NCBI GenBank assembly: GCA_023558315.1
Contig: JAMJVX010000001.1
Span: 1,063 to 65,062 of the forward strand
Origin: Flavobacteriaceae bacterium
GTDB lineage: Bacteria; Bacteroidota; Bacteroidia; Flavobacteriales; Flavobacteriaceae
Direction of reading: 5' to 3'
DNA: 64,000 nt
The position numbers were made by a program, and so were the translations under genes. Under the pieces are notes generated by a model. It made no database searches. It was not told the origin of the DNA and saw only the letters and a list, made by a program, of their open reading frames with translations. Of the stretch, positions 50,270 through 61,288 are shown in pieces (positions within the stretch are counted from its first letter, which is position 1; every line of letters begins with the position of its first letter).

Positions 50270-53200
50270 TTATTTTGATAAATAATATTCAAAACGTTCT
50301 TTTTCTAAAAGTTTATACAATCTAGAATTAATCTTAAGTTTTTGTTTTCTACTGTACATTTTAACTTGCCTTTCAGTTTCTTTATCATATAATTCAAAAA
50401 ATACTTCTAAATCTTTTCCTTTATATTGATTGAAAACTTTATTAAGCGTTTCTATATTTTTATCTGAAAAATTATGAATATCAATACCAATAGTAATTTT
50501 CTTAAAAAAAGAATATATTGCATTAGAGAGACGCTCTAGTTTAATGTATTGTATGGTAGGATTACCTTTAATTTGTGTGTTTTTATTTACGAATCCCTCT
50601 CTAACAGAAACTTCCATATATATATATTCATACTTTTTAATTAAGTGCTCGTATTTTGCATAATCATTTGCAAACATTATAAATTTATATGTGTCTGAAA
50701 AGTCTTGAACTTCAAACTTAGCCCATCTTCTCCCTTCCCTATTCGTATTCTCTTCTATATTTTCAATGATTCCAACGATTGTCATTTTCTTATTAATAAA
50801 AGTTTGGAGTCCTTCATCATTGTTTAAATGCATTAAATTAAACGCTTTTAGCCATTTGTATTCCCTCTTATAATCTTCCATAGGATGATTTGAGATATAC
50901 GTACCAATTACTTCTTTTTCTTTTTTTAAAGCTTCTAAATTATCCCAATTCTCTGCATTGGGTAATTCTAATGCCTCTTCTTCTATATTGTTGTCTCCTT
51001 CAAATAAACTTGTTTGTTGAAATTCTTTATTCTTTCTATATCTATCACCGTACTTAATTAATTTTTCTATAAAACTAACTTCATTTTGTTTTACAAAATA
51101 TTGTGCTCTATGTGTATTTGTAAAGGAATCTAAAGCCCCCGCTTTCACTAAATTTTCTAACGCAGTTTTATTAATTGATTTTGAATTGTTTCGTTTCACC
51201 AAGTCAAACACAGATTTATAAGGGTCTTCTTCTCTATTTTCTATGATACTATCTAAATGTTTTCCTAAATCTTTAATCGCTCCCAACCCATATCTTATAG
51301 TTTTTTTATTAGTTACAGTAAATCCAAACCCTGATTCATTAATATCTGGAGGAAGAATATTAATTCCCATCCGTTGGCATTCTTGAATAAAGAAAGATTT
51401 TATTTTTAAATCTTTCCCCATACTATTAGATAAAACTGCACTCATAAATTCTTCTGGATAATTAGCTTTTAAATACGCAGTTTGATATCCTAAATAAGCA
51501 TAACATGTTGAATGCGATTTGTTAAAAGCATATTTAGCGAACGCCTCCCAATCTTTCCATATTTTATCTAAAATCTCCTTAGGATGCCCATTTTTTTCTC
51601 CTCCTTCAATAAATTTTGGGTATAAGTCATCCAACATACTTTTAATTTTTTTACCCATTGCCTTTCTTAGTGTATCGGCTTCCCCCTTTGTAAATCCTGC
51701 TAATTCTTGAGACAAAAGCATTACCTGTTCCTGATATACTGTAATTCCATAGGTTTCTTTCAAATATTTTTCCATGGCTGGTATATCATAATGAATAGGC
51801 TCTTTACCATTTTTTCTTTTAATAAAACTAGGTATATAATCCATGGGACCTGGTCTAAAAAGCGCATTCATAGCTATTAAATCTTCAAAAACAGTGGGCT
51901 TAAGCTCTCTTAGATTTTTTTGCATCCCTTCAGACTCGTATTGGAACACCGCTATTGTCTCTCCTTTTTGAAAAAGTGAATAGGTTTTTGTATCATCTAA
52001 GGGTATATTGTCAATATCTAAATCGACTTTACGTATCTGTTTAACTATCTCTACTGCATTGCGAATAATTGTCAGAGTTTTAAGTCCTAAAATATCAATC
52101 TTTAATAATCCTGCAGATTCTACAACCTCATTATCAAACTGAGTTTGAATATCTGTTTCGCTATCTTTTTTTCTTGTAATTGGTATTAGATTTGAAATAG
52201 TTTCAGGAGCAATTATAAGACCACATGCGTGTGTACCAGTATTTCGTAATGAACCTTCAATTTTTCTAGCAATATTAACTGTTTCTGCTTCTAAATCTTC
52301 TTTGTTTGAAATTTCTACAAGAGTTCTAAGTTTTTGTATATCTGTTGACCTTATATCCTTGTGACTTTCCAATTTTCCTTTTGTGGAAAGGTCAAATATC
52401 GAATTCATACTGAGATTTAAAGTAAATGGAATGAGATTAGCTATTTTACTTGCTTCTGGGATTGGTAATTCTTTTACTCTTGCAGTATCTCTTATCGCTG
52501 ATTTCGCTTTTAAAAAACCATATGTCACTATTTGTGCCACATTTTCTTTGCCGTATTTTTCTCTTATATAATTAATTAATTCTTCTCTTCTCTCATCATC
52601 AAAATCAATATCTATATCAGGTAAACTCACCCTATCTGGATTTAAAAATCGCTCAAACAGCAAATTGTATTTCATGGGATCAATCCTAACAATCCCTAAG
52701 CAATATGCTACGACAGAACCTGCAGCAGAACCCCTTCCAGGTCCAACTGAAATGCCCATTTTCCTAGAAGTAGTAACTATATCATAGACAATTAAAAAAT
52801 AACTTGGATACCCTGTTTTTGCAATTATTTCTAACTCAAAATCTATTCTTGTTTTTACTTCTTCTGTAATGGATTTATAGACTTTTTTGGCACCTTCATA
52901 GGTTAAATATTTTAAATATTCTTCCTCTTTTTCTCTTTGCGATTTTGAAGAAATTTCAGCGGTTACAAATTTTTCAGGAATGGCTACCTGAGGCAATACA
53001 ACTTCGCTTTCCAAGTCATAGAATTCAATTTTTTCTACTACAGACGTTATATTTTCAATAGATTGTGGCACATCTGCAAAAAGAGCACTCATCTCTTCTT
53101 GATTTTTAAAATAATATTCATCGTTGGTTAACCCAAATCTCTTGCCCCTACCCTTTCCTATTTCTGTTTTCTCAATCTCATTATTTTTTATACACAACAA

Positions 53201-54634
53201 AATATCATGTGCTTTTGAATCTTTTTGTTCAATATAAAATGTGCTATTTGTGGCAATTAATGAAGTATTATGTTTTTTAGATAATCCTATTAAAAATTCG
53301 TTTACCCTTTTCTCTTCTTCTTGCTCTCCATGTCGCGTAATTTCCAAATAAAAATCATCACTAAATACCTCTTTCCACCAGTGAAAAGAATCTAAAGCCT
53401 GCTTCTCTCCTATAGATAAAAATTTTGTTGCTATTTCTCCATTTACATCCCCAGACAAAACAATTAGGTTTTCTTTGTATTGCTCTACTATTTTTCTATC
53501 AATCCTCGGAACATAATAAAATCCTTCTGTATTTGCAATAGAGGACATTTTGGATAAGTTAAAATATCCTTTCTTGTTTTTAGCTAAAAAAACGACACTA
53601 TACCCATTGTCTTTTTGGGTTTTATTTGTGTGGTCTTCGCACACATTTAGCACACACCCTATTATTGGCAATAAGGGCTGTGTTTTTCCTTTTTCAGTAG
53701 AGTTGTACTTTTTAACTGTTTTAATAAATTTAAACGCTCCCATCAAATTTCCATAATCTGTCAGCGCAACAGCTGGCATATTATACTCCACTGACTTCTC
53801 TACAAGATTTTCTATCTTTGAAGTTGATTGCAGCACTGAATATTGTGAATGATTATGGAGATGAACAAAAGGAAAATGAGATATATCTATCGCTGTTTTA
53901 GTTTCTAATTGATTTCCTTCATCACTACTTTCTTTAACTCTCTCTGACTCCTTAAATAGATTTTTATGGGTAAGACCTATCAATTGAAAAGGAGAATCAT
54001 TGTATTTTTTTATTGAATCAATACTTTCAGGAAATGCTTTTAATAATTTCTCAGGAGTTAATTTTGAACTTCGCAACAATTCTAAAAAACAACGCGCCGT
54101 CCCTTCCACATCAGCTGTCGCGTTGTGCGCTTCTATAAAGTTTTCTTGGAATAAGAAAAAATATAACTCTTGAAGTGTTGGCAATTTAAAACGGCCTCCT
54201 TTACCTCCAGGTAATTGACATAAGTTCGCGGTCTCTTCTGTACAAGTATCTAATGTTTTAAGTTTTTCTAAGGGGTTTTCGCCTTTTACTCTATAAAATT
54301 CTGAACCTATTATTTTACAATCAAAATCAATGTTGTGACCTACTAAAAACACTTCCTCCTTAAGTAGTTCTTCAAAAGCATTTAGCACTTCTTCTATAAG
54401 TACTCCCTCTTTTTCAGCATATAAGGTTGAAATTCCATGTATTTTTTCTGCCTCAAACGGAATGCTATATCCATCTGGTTTAACTACAAAGTCCTGATGC
54501 GAAATAACTTGTCCCTTTTCATCGTGTAGTTGCCAAGCAATTTGCACACAACGAGGCCAATTATCAGTATCTGAGAGCGGTGCGTCGAAACGCTTTGGTA
54601 ATCCTGTGGTTTCAGTATCAAATATTAAATACAT
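50270..54634 (-). CDS. dnaE: DNA polymerase III alpha subunit with N-terminal DEDD 3'-5' exonuclease domain
   Basis: Residues 1-190 carry Exo I FDTETTG, Exo II GHNIDFDCKII and Exo III HNATADVEGT. PHP FVHLHNHSQYSVLQS follows, then the palm/fingers PDIDIDF and GLLKIDILGLKTL, and an OB-fold C-terminus. Confidence 0.92.
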   Translation of the reverse strand: MYLIFDTETTGLPKRFDAPLSDTDNWPRCVQIAWQLHDEKGQVISHQDFVVKPDGYSIPFEAEKIHGISTLYAEKEGVLIEEVLNAFEELLKEEVFLVGHNIDFDCKIIGSEFYRVKGENPLEKLKTLDTCTEETANLCQLPGGKGGRFKLPTLQELYFFLFQENFIEAHNATADVEGTARCFLELLRSSKLTPEKLLKAFPESIDSIKKYNDSPFQLIGLTHKNLFKESERVKESSDEGNQLETKTAIDISHFPFVHLHNHSQYSVLQSTSKIENLVEKSVEYNMPAVALTDYGNLMGAFKFIKTVKKYNSTEKGKTQPLLPIIGCVLNVCEDHTNKTQKDNGYSVVFLAKNKKGYFNLSKMSSIANTEGFYYVPRIDRKIVEQYKENLIVLSGDVNGEIATKFLSIGEKQALDSFHWWKEVFSDDFYLEITRHGEQEEEKRVNEFLIGLSKKHNTSLIATNSTFYIEQKDSKAHDILLCIKNNEIEKTEIGKGRGKRFGLTNDEYYFKNQEEMSALFADVPQSIENITSVVEKIEFYDLESEVVLPQVAIPEKFVTAEISSKSQREKEEEYLKYLTYEGAKKVYKSITEEVKTRIDFELEIIAKTGYPSYFLIVYDIVTTSRKMGISVGPGRGSAAGSVVAYCLGIVRIDPMKYNLLFERFLNPDRVSLPDIDIDFDDERREELINYIREKYGKENVAQIVTYGFLKAKSAIRDTARVKELPIPEASKIANLIPFTLNLSMNSIFDLSTKGKLESHKDIRSTDIQKLRTLVEISNKEDLEAETVNIARKIEGSLRNTGTHACGLIIAPETISNLIPITRKKDSETDIQTQFDNEVVESAGLLKIDILGLKTLTIIRNAVEIVKQIRKVDLDIDNIPLDDTKTYSLFQKGETIAVFQYESEGMQKNLRELKPTVFEDLIAMNALFRPGPMDYIPSFIKRKNGKEPIHYDIPAMEKYLKETYGITVYQEQVMLLSQELAGFTKGEADTLRKAMGKKIKSMLDDLYPKFIEGGEKNGHPKEILDKIWKDWEAFAKYAFNKSHSTCYAYLGYQTAYLKANYPEEFMSAVLSNSMGKDLKIKSFFIQECQRMGINILPPDINESGFGFTVTNKKTIRYGLGAIKDLGKHLDSIIENREEDPYKSVFDLVKRNNSKSINKTALENLVKAGALDSFTNTHRAQYFVKQNEVSFIEKLIKYGDRYRKNKEFQQTSLFEGDNNIEEEALELPNAENWDNLEALKKEKEVIGTYISNHPMEDYKREYKWLKAFNLMHLNNDEGLQTFINKKMTIVGIIENIEENTNREGRRWAKFEVQDFSDTYKFIMFANDYAKYEHLIKKYEYIYMEVSVREGFVNKNTQIKGNPTIQYIKLERLSNAIYSFFKKITIGIDIHNFSDKNIETLNKVFNQYKGKDLEVFFELYDKETERQVKMYSRKQKLKINSRLYKLLEKERFEYYLSK

Positions 54635-54663
54635 TAGAAATTTAAGTTCTTAATTTTAAACCA

Positions 54664-54671
54664 CAAAAGTA
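54664..54671 (-). promoter_or_regulatory. -7 box (TACTTTTG on the minus strand) for dnaE
   Basis: Exact TAnnTTTG match 30 nt upstream of the ATG at 54634. Confidence 0.4.
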
Positions 54672-54742
54672 GAATTTAGATAACTAATAAAAATATTGCA
54701 TCTAAAAATTTATAAACTATTCTACAAATAATTTATAAAAAC

Positions 54743-57112
54743 CTAAAAATCAATTACAATACCTAAGTTTGGAATAAGTGCTGGCGGACTAGTATCTTTT
54801 ATTTGTACTAATGTGCTAGGCATAATAAGCATTCCTTCTTCTGTCCTGTTCAATCCATAATCAGGTGCTTGAGGCGTTTGTTGTATTAAAAAGTTTTGTG
54901 CTTCAAAAAAGATATTAATTGCTACTTTCTTTAGATTCCATTTTTTATCAATTCGTAAATCTCCTTGTCCAAAAACAGGAAGGTTTACTGTACCTAATCT
55001 GCTATAATCTGGAATAACATTTGGATAATTTTGTAAAGATAAATCCTCATTTATAGGCACATAAGGTGTTTCTCCAGCAAAACGATAACGCATACTTATT
55101 TCCCAGTTTTTGGGTAATTTATACCCCCCAGTAAAAGACGCTAAATGACGGCTATCCCACACAGATGGTAGATAGTTTCCATCTAATCCTGTAAATTCAC
55201 TTTTAAAATAAGTATAAGCAAAAACAGCATATAAATTCTTATTCAATTTTTGATCATAGAGAAATTCAATTCCATATGCTCTACCTTCACCAGAAGTACT
55301 AATTAGTTCATTTCCAAGTACACCAAAATCAGCCCCTTTATTAGCTAATGAAACGCCGTCTCTTACAGAAATTGGGAATTGATTGTATTGTTTATGAAAT
55401 CCTTCAATAGTTATTCGCGCGGATTGACTGATTTTTCGTTCAATCCCTAATACTATGTGGCGACTTTGTGTATAATCACTGTCTTTATTTGCAAAACCTG
55501 TCTGATTTTGAAAACCTAAAATCGTATAAGGCAATAATTTGTAATAGTATCCAACGGAAGCGTTTAACAACCATTTTTCTGTTTTATCTAGGCGATACGA
55601 CAGAGAAAGGCGAGGTGCTATGGTTTTTAATAACGAACTATTATTTAAAAATGTATCATCGTCTGCTCTTACACCAACAGAGTAAGTTAATTTGTTAGAA
55701 AAGATAGCACCAGAGGCTTGTGCAAAAAGTCCGTATTTTAAAAACTCTACATTTGTTTCGTACTTATTACTGGTAATCTTATTATCCGTTAAATTAGTGT
55801 ATTGTGAATTTTGAAAATTTCCTCCCCAAGAGAGTTTTACATCTCCAAAATAGTAAAAAGAGTTTATTCGGAATTTAGTTTCTGTCTCTTTTGAGTTATT
55901 ACTGAAAACAACTCCTTCTTTATTTTCGTTATCAGAATAGCGGTTGAGTTCATTATTTAACTGATTTCTGCTCAATGAAAATTTAGTTTGCCCCTTTAAG
56001 TTTTTATATTTCTTTTTCCAAGTAATCCCAAAGGTGTTTGTGTTTTGTTCAATGATTGGCACTTGCTCTAATACAGCTTGTTGCGCAAAATCAAAATCAT
56101 CTGGTGCTTTCACTGTAAAATCATCTATAGACCCTAAACCGATTAAGCTAATTGTATTAAATTCATCAAAAACATGGTTAAGTTTAAATTGGTAATCCCA
56201 ATAATCTGGTCTGATAGGCAATCCAATTGCTTCAAAAAGGAATTGTAAGTAACTTCTACGAACAGAACCTATAAAAGTAGTGTTAGAATATTCTCTGTCA
56301 CCCTTAAATAAAGGAGACTCTAAAGTTAATCCCGCTTCGCTTGCAGATACTCTAAAATTTGATTTTAAGGTTTTATTATCCCCATTTCGTTGATCAAAGC
56401 GTAATACCCCAGACAGTGGGTTATCGTATTGCGCATTAAATGCTGAAGTACTAAAACTCACTTCATCAATAAAAGATACGTTAATCATTCCTACAGGTCC
56501 TCCCCCACTACCCTGTGTGCTGAAGTGATTGATATTTGGAATTTCTATTTCATCTAAATAATAAACTGTTTCATTAGGAGCCCCTCCTCTAATAATTAAG
56601 TCATTTCTAAAACCCCCGCCACCTACGGATGGTGATACCCCTGGAAAACTCTGTGCTACTTTAGTAACGTCATTGTTCCCTGCAGGATACGTAGCAATTT
56701 CAACGGCAGAAAATGTTTGCACAGACAAAGGCGTTTCTTTTGACCTTTTAAAGGGACTTTCTTGAACAATTACAGCATCCAACACATTCTCTTCTTCCTC
56801 CAATTCAAATATTATTGAACTATTCCCTGCTGTTTTTACAATCACATTGTACTTTACTTGAGTTTTGTACCCTAAATACTGTGCTTCTATATTATAACTT
56901 TTAGGCTCAACATCATATATAGTAAAATATCCATCATCATCTGTAATAACTCCCTTGTTAGTCCCTTGCAAAACAACCGTTGCACTTGGGATTGGAAAAT
57001 TTAACTTTACATCTAAGACACGTCCTTTTATGGTTGCTAAATTTTGAGCAAACGAAAAAGAGAATATTAGACAAAATAAGAAAAATAGTAATAATTTTTT
57101 TTTTAGATTCAT
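54743..57112 (-). CDS. TonB-dependent receptor with carboxypeptidase-regulatory-like N-terminal domain
   Basis: Signal peptide, TIKGRVLDVKLNFPIPSATVVLQGTNKGVITDDDGYFTI, a plug region, and a long barrel ending in GIVIDF. Confidence 0.8.
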   Translation of the reverse strand: MNLKKKLLLFFLFCLIFSFSFAQNLATIKGRVLDVKLNFPIPSATVVLQGTNKGVITDDDGYFTIYDVEPKSYNIEAQYLGYKTQVKYNVIVKTAGNSSIIFELEEEENVLDAVIVQESPFKRSKETPLSVQTFSAVEIATYPAGNNDVTKVAQSFPGVSPSVGGGGFRNDLIIRGGAPNETVYYLDEIEIPNINHFSTQGSGGGPVGMINVSFIDEVSFSTSAFNAQYDNPLSGVLRFDQRNGDNKTLKSNFRVSASEAGLTLESPLFKGDREYSNTTFIGSVRRSYLQFLFEAIGLPIRPDYWDYQFKLNHVFDEFNTISLIGLGSIDDFTVKAPDDFDFAQQAVLEQVPIIEQNTNTFGITWKKKYKNLKGQTKFSLSRNQLNNELNRYSDNENKEGVVFSNNSKETETKFRINSFYYFGDVKLSWGGNFQNSQYTNLTDNKITSNKYETNVEFLKYGLFAQASGAIFSNKLTYSVGVRADDDTFLNNSSLLKTIAPRLSLSYRLDKTEKWLLNASVGYYYKLLPYTILGFQNQTGFANKDSDYTQSRHIVLGIERKISQSARITIEGFHKQYNQFPISVRDGVSLANKGADFGVLGNELISTSGEGRAYGIEFLYDQKLNKNLYAVFAYTYFKSEFTGLDGNYLPSVWDSRHLASFTGGYKLPKNWEISMRYRFAGETPYVPINEDLSLQNYPNVIPDYSRLGTVNLPVFGQGDLRIDKKWNLKKVAINIFFEAQNFLIQQTPQAPDYGLNRTEEGMLIMPSTLVQIKDTSPPALIPNLGIVIDF

Positions 57113-57137
57113 TGTTAGTTTTTTATATAATTAAAGA

Positions 57138-57749
57138 TTAATTAATAGTGTCTTTAACCGTAGGTTCTTGTGCTTTTTTCTTATTTAAATCGTTTATAAA
57201 GTTTCTTGTTGCCTTTTTCTGATTCAAGGTTGCATCTGTGTCTTGCTGTTGTATATCTTCTTTCAAAACAGGCGCTTGGTCAGTTGCTTGAATCGCTATA
57301 TCCTTTGGAGTGAAATATTTTTTATTCGTTTGCTTTCGCATAATTTCTTCAGCCGCTTTTAGATTATAATATAGCTTTGGGTCTATCATTTTATTCGCTA
57401 CAAAATTCTCTTGTTTTTCTTTGTTCCATCTGACAAAAACAAATCCTGTATCTAAACTATCATTAGCTACAACTTTAAAAACTCTGGCATTATTAGGCAA
57501 CGTTTGATACACTGATACTTTATTTACTAAATATCCAGAAGCCGCAAGTATTTCTTCAACAAAAAATATTTGTCCTTCCAGTGTGTTGTCTTTTAATGGA
57601 GAAAATTCATCATAATACTCATCATAACTTTCGTCTTCCTGTGAAAATATAGTATCCTCTTGAGAATAATACTCCTCCTGATACACTTCTTCTTCCTGAG
57701 CAAAGGCTATTGATGTGAGAAAAAAAAGGATTATAAATAATTTACTCAT
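57138..57749 (-). CDS. hypothetical secreted protein with acidic N-terminal region
   Basis: Signal peptide MSKLFIILFFLTSIAFAQ. It lies between frr and the receptor gene. I recognise no family. Confidence 0.45.
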   Translation of the reverse strand: MSKLFIILFFLTSIAFAQEEEVYQEEYYSQEDTIFSQEDESYDEYYDEFSPLKDNTLEGQIFFVEEILAASGYLVNKVSVYQTLPNNARVFKVVANDSLDTGFVFVRWNKEKQENFVANKMIDPKLYYNLKAAEEIMRKQTNKKYFTPKDIAIQATDQAPVLKEDIQQQDTDATLNQKKATRNFINDLNKKKAQEPTVKDTIN

Positions 57750-57752
57750 TAA

Positions 57753-58307
57753 TTATATAGTCATAATCTCTTGCTCTTTTGATTTGCAAATATTATCTAT
57801 CTTTACTATATATTTATCTGTCATCTCCTGTATATCTACTTCCCAGTTGCTTTTTTCATCTTCGGAGATTTCCATTTTTTTAATAGTAGCATTTGCGTTT
57901 TTACGAGCATTTCGAGCACTTATTTTTGCATTTTCGCTTTCTTCTTTTACGTTTTTAGTAAGTTCTTTTCTTCTTTCTTCTGTCAAAGGCGGAACGTTTA
58001 TAATTATCACATCACCATTATTCATTGGGTTAAATCCTAAATTTGATTCGCGAATTGCTTTTTCAATTTCGGGCAATAACCCTTTTTCCCAGGGTTGTAT
58101 GGATATAGTTTGTGCATCTGGCGTATTTACGGCTCCAACTTGACTTACAGGTGTTAATGTACCGTAGTAATCTACTTTTAAATTAGATATCATCGATGGG
58201 TTTGCTTTCCCTGCTCTAATTTTAAGTAGCTCTTTCTCTAAATGAGAAATAGCTTGTTCCATATTTTCTTTTAAAACTTCTAAACAATTTTCTGGATTTT
58301 CACTCAT
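57753..58307 (-). CDS. frr: ribosome recycling factor
   Basis: LKIRAGKANPSMISNLKVDYYG and PPLTEERRKEL. 184 aa. Confidence 0.92.
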   Translation of the reverse strand: MSENPENCLEVLKENMEQAISHLEKELLKIRAGKANPSMISNLKVDYYGTLTPVSQVGAVNTPDAQTISIQPWEKGLLPEIEKAIRESNLGFNPMNNGDVIIINVPPLTEERRKELTKNVKEESENAKISARNARKNANATIKKMEISEDEKSNWEVDIQEMTDKYIVKIDNICKSKEQEIMTI

Positions 58308-58313
58308 ATTATT

Positions 58314-59024
58314 TTAATTAACTTTTGTTCCTAATTTTTCTCCTTTTACTATTTTTTCTAAATTGCCTTCTCTATTCATATCAAAAACAATTATTGGCAA
58401 CTCATTCTCTTGACTAAGTGTAAATGCGGTAGCATCCATTACCTTCAACCCTTTTTTTAATACATCATCAAATGAAATAGTATCGAATTTTGTCGCTGAT
58501 ACATCTTTTTCAGGATCTTTATTGTAAATTCCATCAACTCTAGTGCCTTTTAAAATCACATCTGCATCAATTTCTATTGCTCTTAGTACCGCTGCAGAAT
58601 CTGTGGTGAAAAATGGATTCCCTGTCCCACAACCAAAGATTACTATCCTATTCTTTTCTAAATGTCTAACCGCTCTTCTTTTTACATAGGGTTCAGCTAT
58701 TTCTTCCATTTTTATTGCAGATTGCAAACGCGTAGGAATATCTAAAGATTCTAAAGCACTTTGTAATGCAAGTCCATTAATATTAGTTGCCAACATTCCC
58801 ATATAATCTGCGTGCACTCTATCCATATTACCCGCCTCATCTGATACGCCTCTAAATATGTTTCCTCCTCCAATTACAATTGAAATTTGAACCCCTAAAG
58901 AATAAACTCTCTTTATTTCTTGAGAATATTCCTTTAAACGATTGTTATCTATACCATACTTTTTATCTCCCATTAAAGCTTCGCCGCTTAGTTTAAGAAG
59001 AATTCTTTTATATTCCATTTTCAT
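58314..59024 (-). CDS. pyrH: UMP kinase
   Basis: [24 protein letters not shown] and [13 protein letters not shown]. Confidence 0.92.
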   Translation of the reverse strand: MKMEYKRILLKLSGEALMGDKKYGIDNNRLKEYSQEIKRVYSLGVQISIVIGGGNIFRGVSDEAGNMDRVHADYMGMLATNINGLALQSALESLDIPTRLQSAIKMEEIAEPYVKRRAVRHLEKNRIVIFGCGTGNPFFTTDSAAVLRAIEIDADVILKGTRVDGIYNKDPEKDVSATKFDTISFDDVLKKGLKVMDATAFTLSQENELPIIVFDMNREGNLEKIVKGEKLGTKVN

Positions 59025-59056
59025 AACAAAAATAATTATTTTGTAATAGTTTCTAC

Positions 59057-60049
59057 TTATTTATTTTTAAAATTTAAATATTCTTTACTAATACTTTCAA
59101 TTCCTTTTTCTATACTCGTATAAGTAAAATCATTCTTTTCACTTATTATTGAACCATCGTAGGAAGTAAAATTTGTTAATGTTTTTATCATTCCTTTACT
59201 GAGAATTCTTTTAGACAAAAAAAATATAGAAAGTATCCATTCAAAAAAAGACAGTGTTTTTAAAAATCTCTTAGTCAATTTTGTTTTTGGTTCTTTCTTA
59301 TTGATACTCTCTGCTACATTTTTTAATACCCTTTGGAAACTCATATTTTCTGCTACCAAACAATATTGTTTTTCACTTGTCTCTTTTTCTTTTAATAAGA
59401 GTAAGGCTTTTACCACATCTTCTACCATTATAAAGCCTGTACCTCCTGGCGGATATATACCTATATTTTTTTGTGTTAAATTATAAAGATACGTAGCTGA
59501 ATTTTTAATGTACGTTTTGCCTAAAATCACTCCCGGATTTACTATTACAGCATTTAACCCTTCTTCAATTCCTCTCCATACTTCTAGCTCTGCTTGATAT
59601 TTAGAATAACCGTAATGTGTTATATTAGAATCATAAGATATTTTTTTGTGTTTATCTAATGTTGCAATAGAGCTAACATATATCATTTTTTTAATCTTAT
59701 GATTTAAAGCTGAGTTTACAATATTAGCTGTACCTGTTACATTTACTCGCATTATATTTTTTTTCATTTTTGTATCAAATGATACTAACGCTGCACAATG
59801 ATATATATAATCTATCCCAACTACTAATTTTTCTAAGGAATAACTATCTAAAATGTTAATTTTTTTCCATTCTATTTTGTCAAAATATCCCTTATCAGTT
59901 TGAAAATAGTCATTAATAATTTTATGTATTTTTTTTAGTTTCGTTTCACTAATATAGGTTGCAGTGATTTTACTCTTTAACTTGCATAATTGTTGTAATA
60001 GATTAAATCCTACAAACCCCGTTCCCCCTGTAACTAATATTCTATCCAT
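59057..60049 (-). CDS. NAD-dependent epimerase/dehydratase family (extended SDR) protein
   Basis: Rossmann motif [11 protein letters not shown] and catalytic YGYSKYQAE (YxxxK). Confidence 0.75.
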   Translation of the reverse strand: MDRILVTGGTGFVGFNLLQQLCKLKSKITATYISETKLKKIHKIINDYFQTDKGYFDKIEWKKINILDSYSLEKLVVGIDYIYHCAALVSFDTKMKKNIMRVNVTGTANIVNSALNHKIKKMIYVSSIATLDKHKKISYDSNITHYGYSKYQAELEVWRGIEEGLNAVIVNPGVILGKTYIKNSATYLYNLTQKNIGIYPPGGTGFIMVEDVVKALLLLKEKETSEKQYCLVAENMSFQRVLKNVAESINKKEPKTKLTKRFLKTLSFFEWILSIFFLSKRILSKGMIKTLTNFTSYDGSIISEKNDFTYTSIEKGIESISKEYLNFKNK

Positions 60050-60718
60050 TTACAAAATATAAAAAATCAATCCCAAACTTATCCTTTGTGAATTTATACT
60101 TTTCCCATCAACGTTTTTAAAATCGTTTATAAACAAACTATTTAAATCATAGTTAAAACTAATATTATAACTATTGTGTCCAGCGTTTAAATAAAAAACT
60201 GAGGTAAATCTATTTGTATGAGGTAACAAGTTAGTTTTATACTTATTTAAATGGTGATTGCTTGAAAGCAAATATTGAAACTTTACTCCACTGTATATTC
60301 TCCAAAAACTATAAGAAGTAAAAGTAGAGGTTCTCCAGCGAAATTCAATGGGGATTACTATACTATTGTTAGTCATTGAAGCATTAACTCCTTGCTTATT
60401 ATATTCATATTGAAGTCCCCCTTCATTTTCTACAATATTCAAATTAAAAAAATCAGTACTATTAGAATATCCTATACCGATACCAAATCCAATATTTCTT
60501 TTCTTATTTATGGGTATATCTTTAATATGTCCAAGATTAAATTCATAAGATATATTTTGAGATAAATCTGATGAAGCATTAGAAAAAAAAGTATAATTTA
60601 TATTTATGTAAAATTGGTCTTCTTTGTACTTATAATCAATTGTATCTATGCTGCTTTCTATTTGTCCCCAACCGTTTAGAACATAAATGAAAGCAAAAAA
60701 AAAGAATATTCTTCTCAT
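60050..60718 (-). CDS. outer-membrane beta-barrel-like hypothetical protein
   Basis: Signal peptide MRRIFFFFAFIYVLNGWGQ. The start is set at 60718 because the longer ORF in the track runs through a terminator hairpin. Confidence 0.45.
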   Translation of the reverse strand: MRRIFFFFAFIYVLNGWGQIESSIDTIDYKYKEDQFYININYTFFSNASSDLSQNISYEFNLGHIKDIPINKKRNIGFGIGIGYSNSTDFFNLNIVENEGGLQYEYNKQGVNASMTNNSIVIPIEFRWRTSTFTSYSFWRIYSGVKFQYLLSSNHHLNKYKTNLLPHTNRFTSVFYLNAGHNSYNISFNYDLNSLFINDFKNVDGKSINSQRISLGLIFYIL

Positions 60719-60726
60719 ATGTAATA

Positions 60727-60763
60727 TAAAAAAAGCATTCTCCTTTTGAGAGAATGCTTTTTT
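60727..60763 (-). terminator. rho-independent terminator after the exbB-exbD operon
   Basis: AAAAGCATTCTC-CTTTT-GAGAATGCTTTT is a perfect 12-bp stem with a 5-nt loop. On the minus strand it is followed by a T-run. Confidence 0.6.
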
Positions 60764-60790
60764 AACAGTTGTCATAATATAACAAAAACT

Positions 60791-61273
60791 TTATTGTAAA
60801 TTTTGAGAAAATACTCCTTGACGAGTTGTGTAATTTATTTTTAACGCATTAACTTTTCGTAACTCTTGTTTAATATCAGATATTAAACCCATATTAGTTT
60901 CTCCGTCAACTTTTAATGCAACTGTCAACACATTTTGAAGTTCTTGTCTTTTTGATGCCCTTTCTGCTAAAATAAAAGCTCCTACTTCATTCACTGTAGC
61001 AAATTTGTCGTTCAATTGAATTCTTGCAGAAGTTCCATATTTACTTTTATATGAATTTGATGGTTTCCCTGCGTATATATACATAACGCGATCTTTTTTA
61101 TTTAACTTGTGTATTTGGTCGGCAGCAGGCAATCTATTATCTACCATAAGTGTGCTGTCTCTCATTACAGTCGCAACCATAAAAAAGAATAAAAGCATAA
61201 ATACAATATCTGGCAATGATGCTGTAGATATTGCAGGTAAATCCCCTCCTTTTTTCTTTTTAAATTTAGACAT
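60791..61273 (-). CDS. exbD: ExbD/TolR family biopolymer transport protein
   Basis: LPDIVFMLLFFFMV TM segment followed by a periplasmic domain. 160 aa. Confidence 0.8.
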   Translation of the reverse strand: MSKFKKKKGGDLPAISTASLPDIVFMLLFFFMVATVMRDSTLMVDNRLPAADQIHKLNKKDRVMYIYAGKPSNSYKSKYGTSARIQLNDKFATVNEVGAFILAERASKRQELQNVLTVALKVDGETNMGLISDIKQELRKVNALKINYTTRQGVFSQNLQ

Positions 61274-61288
61274 ATTTAATAACTATTT

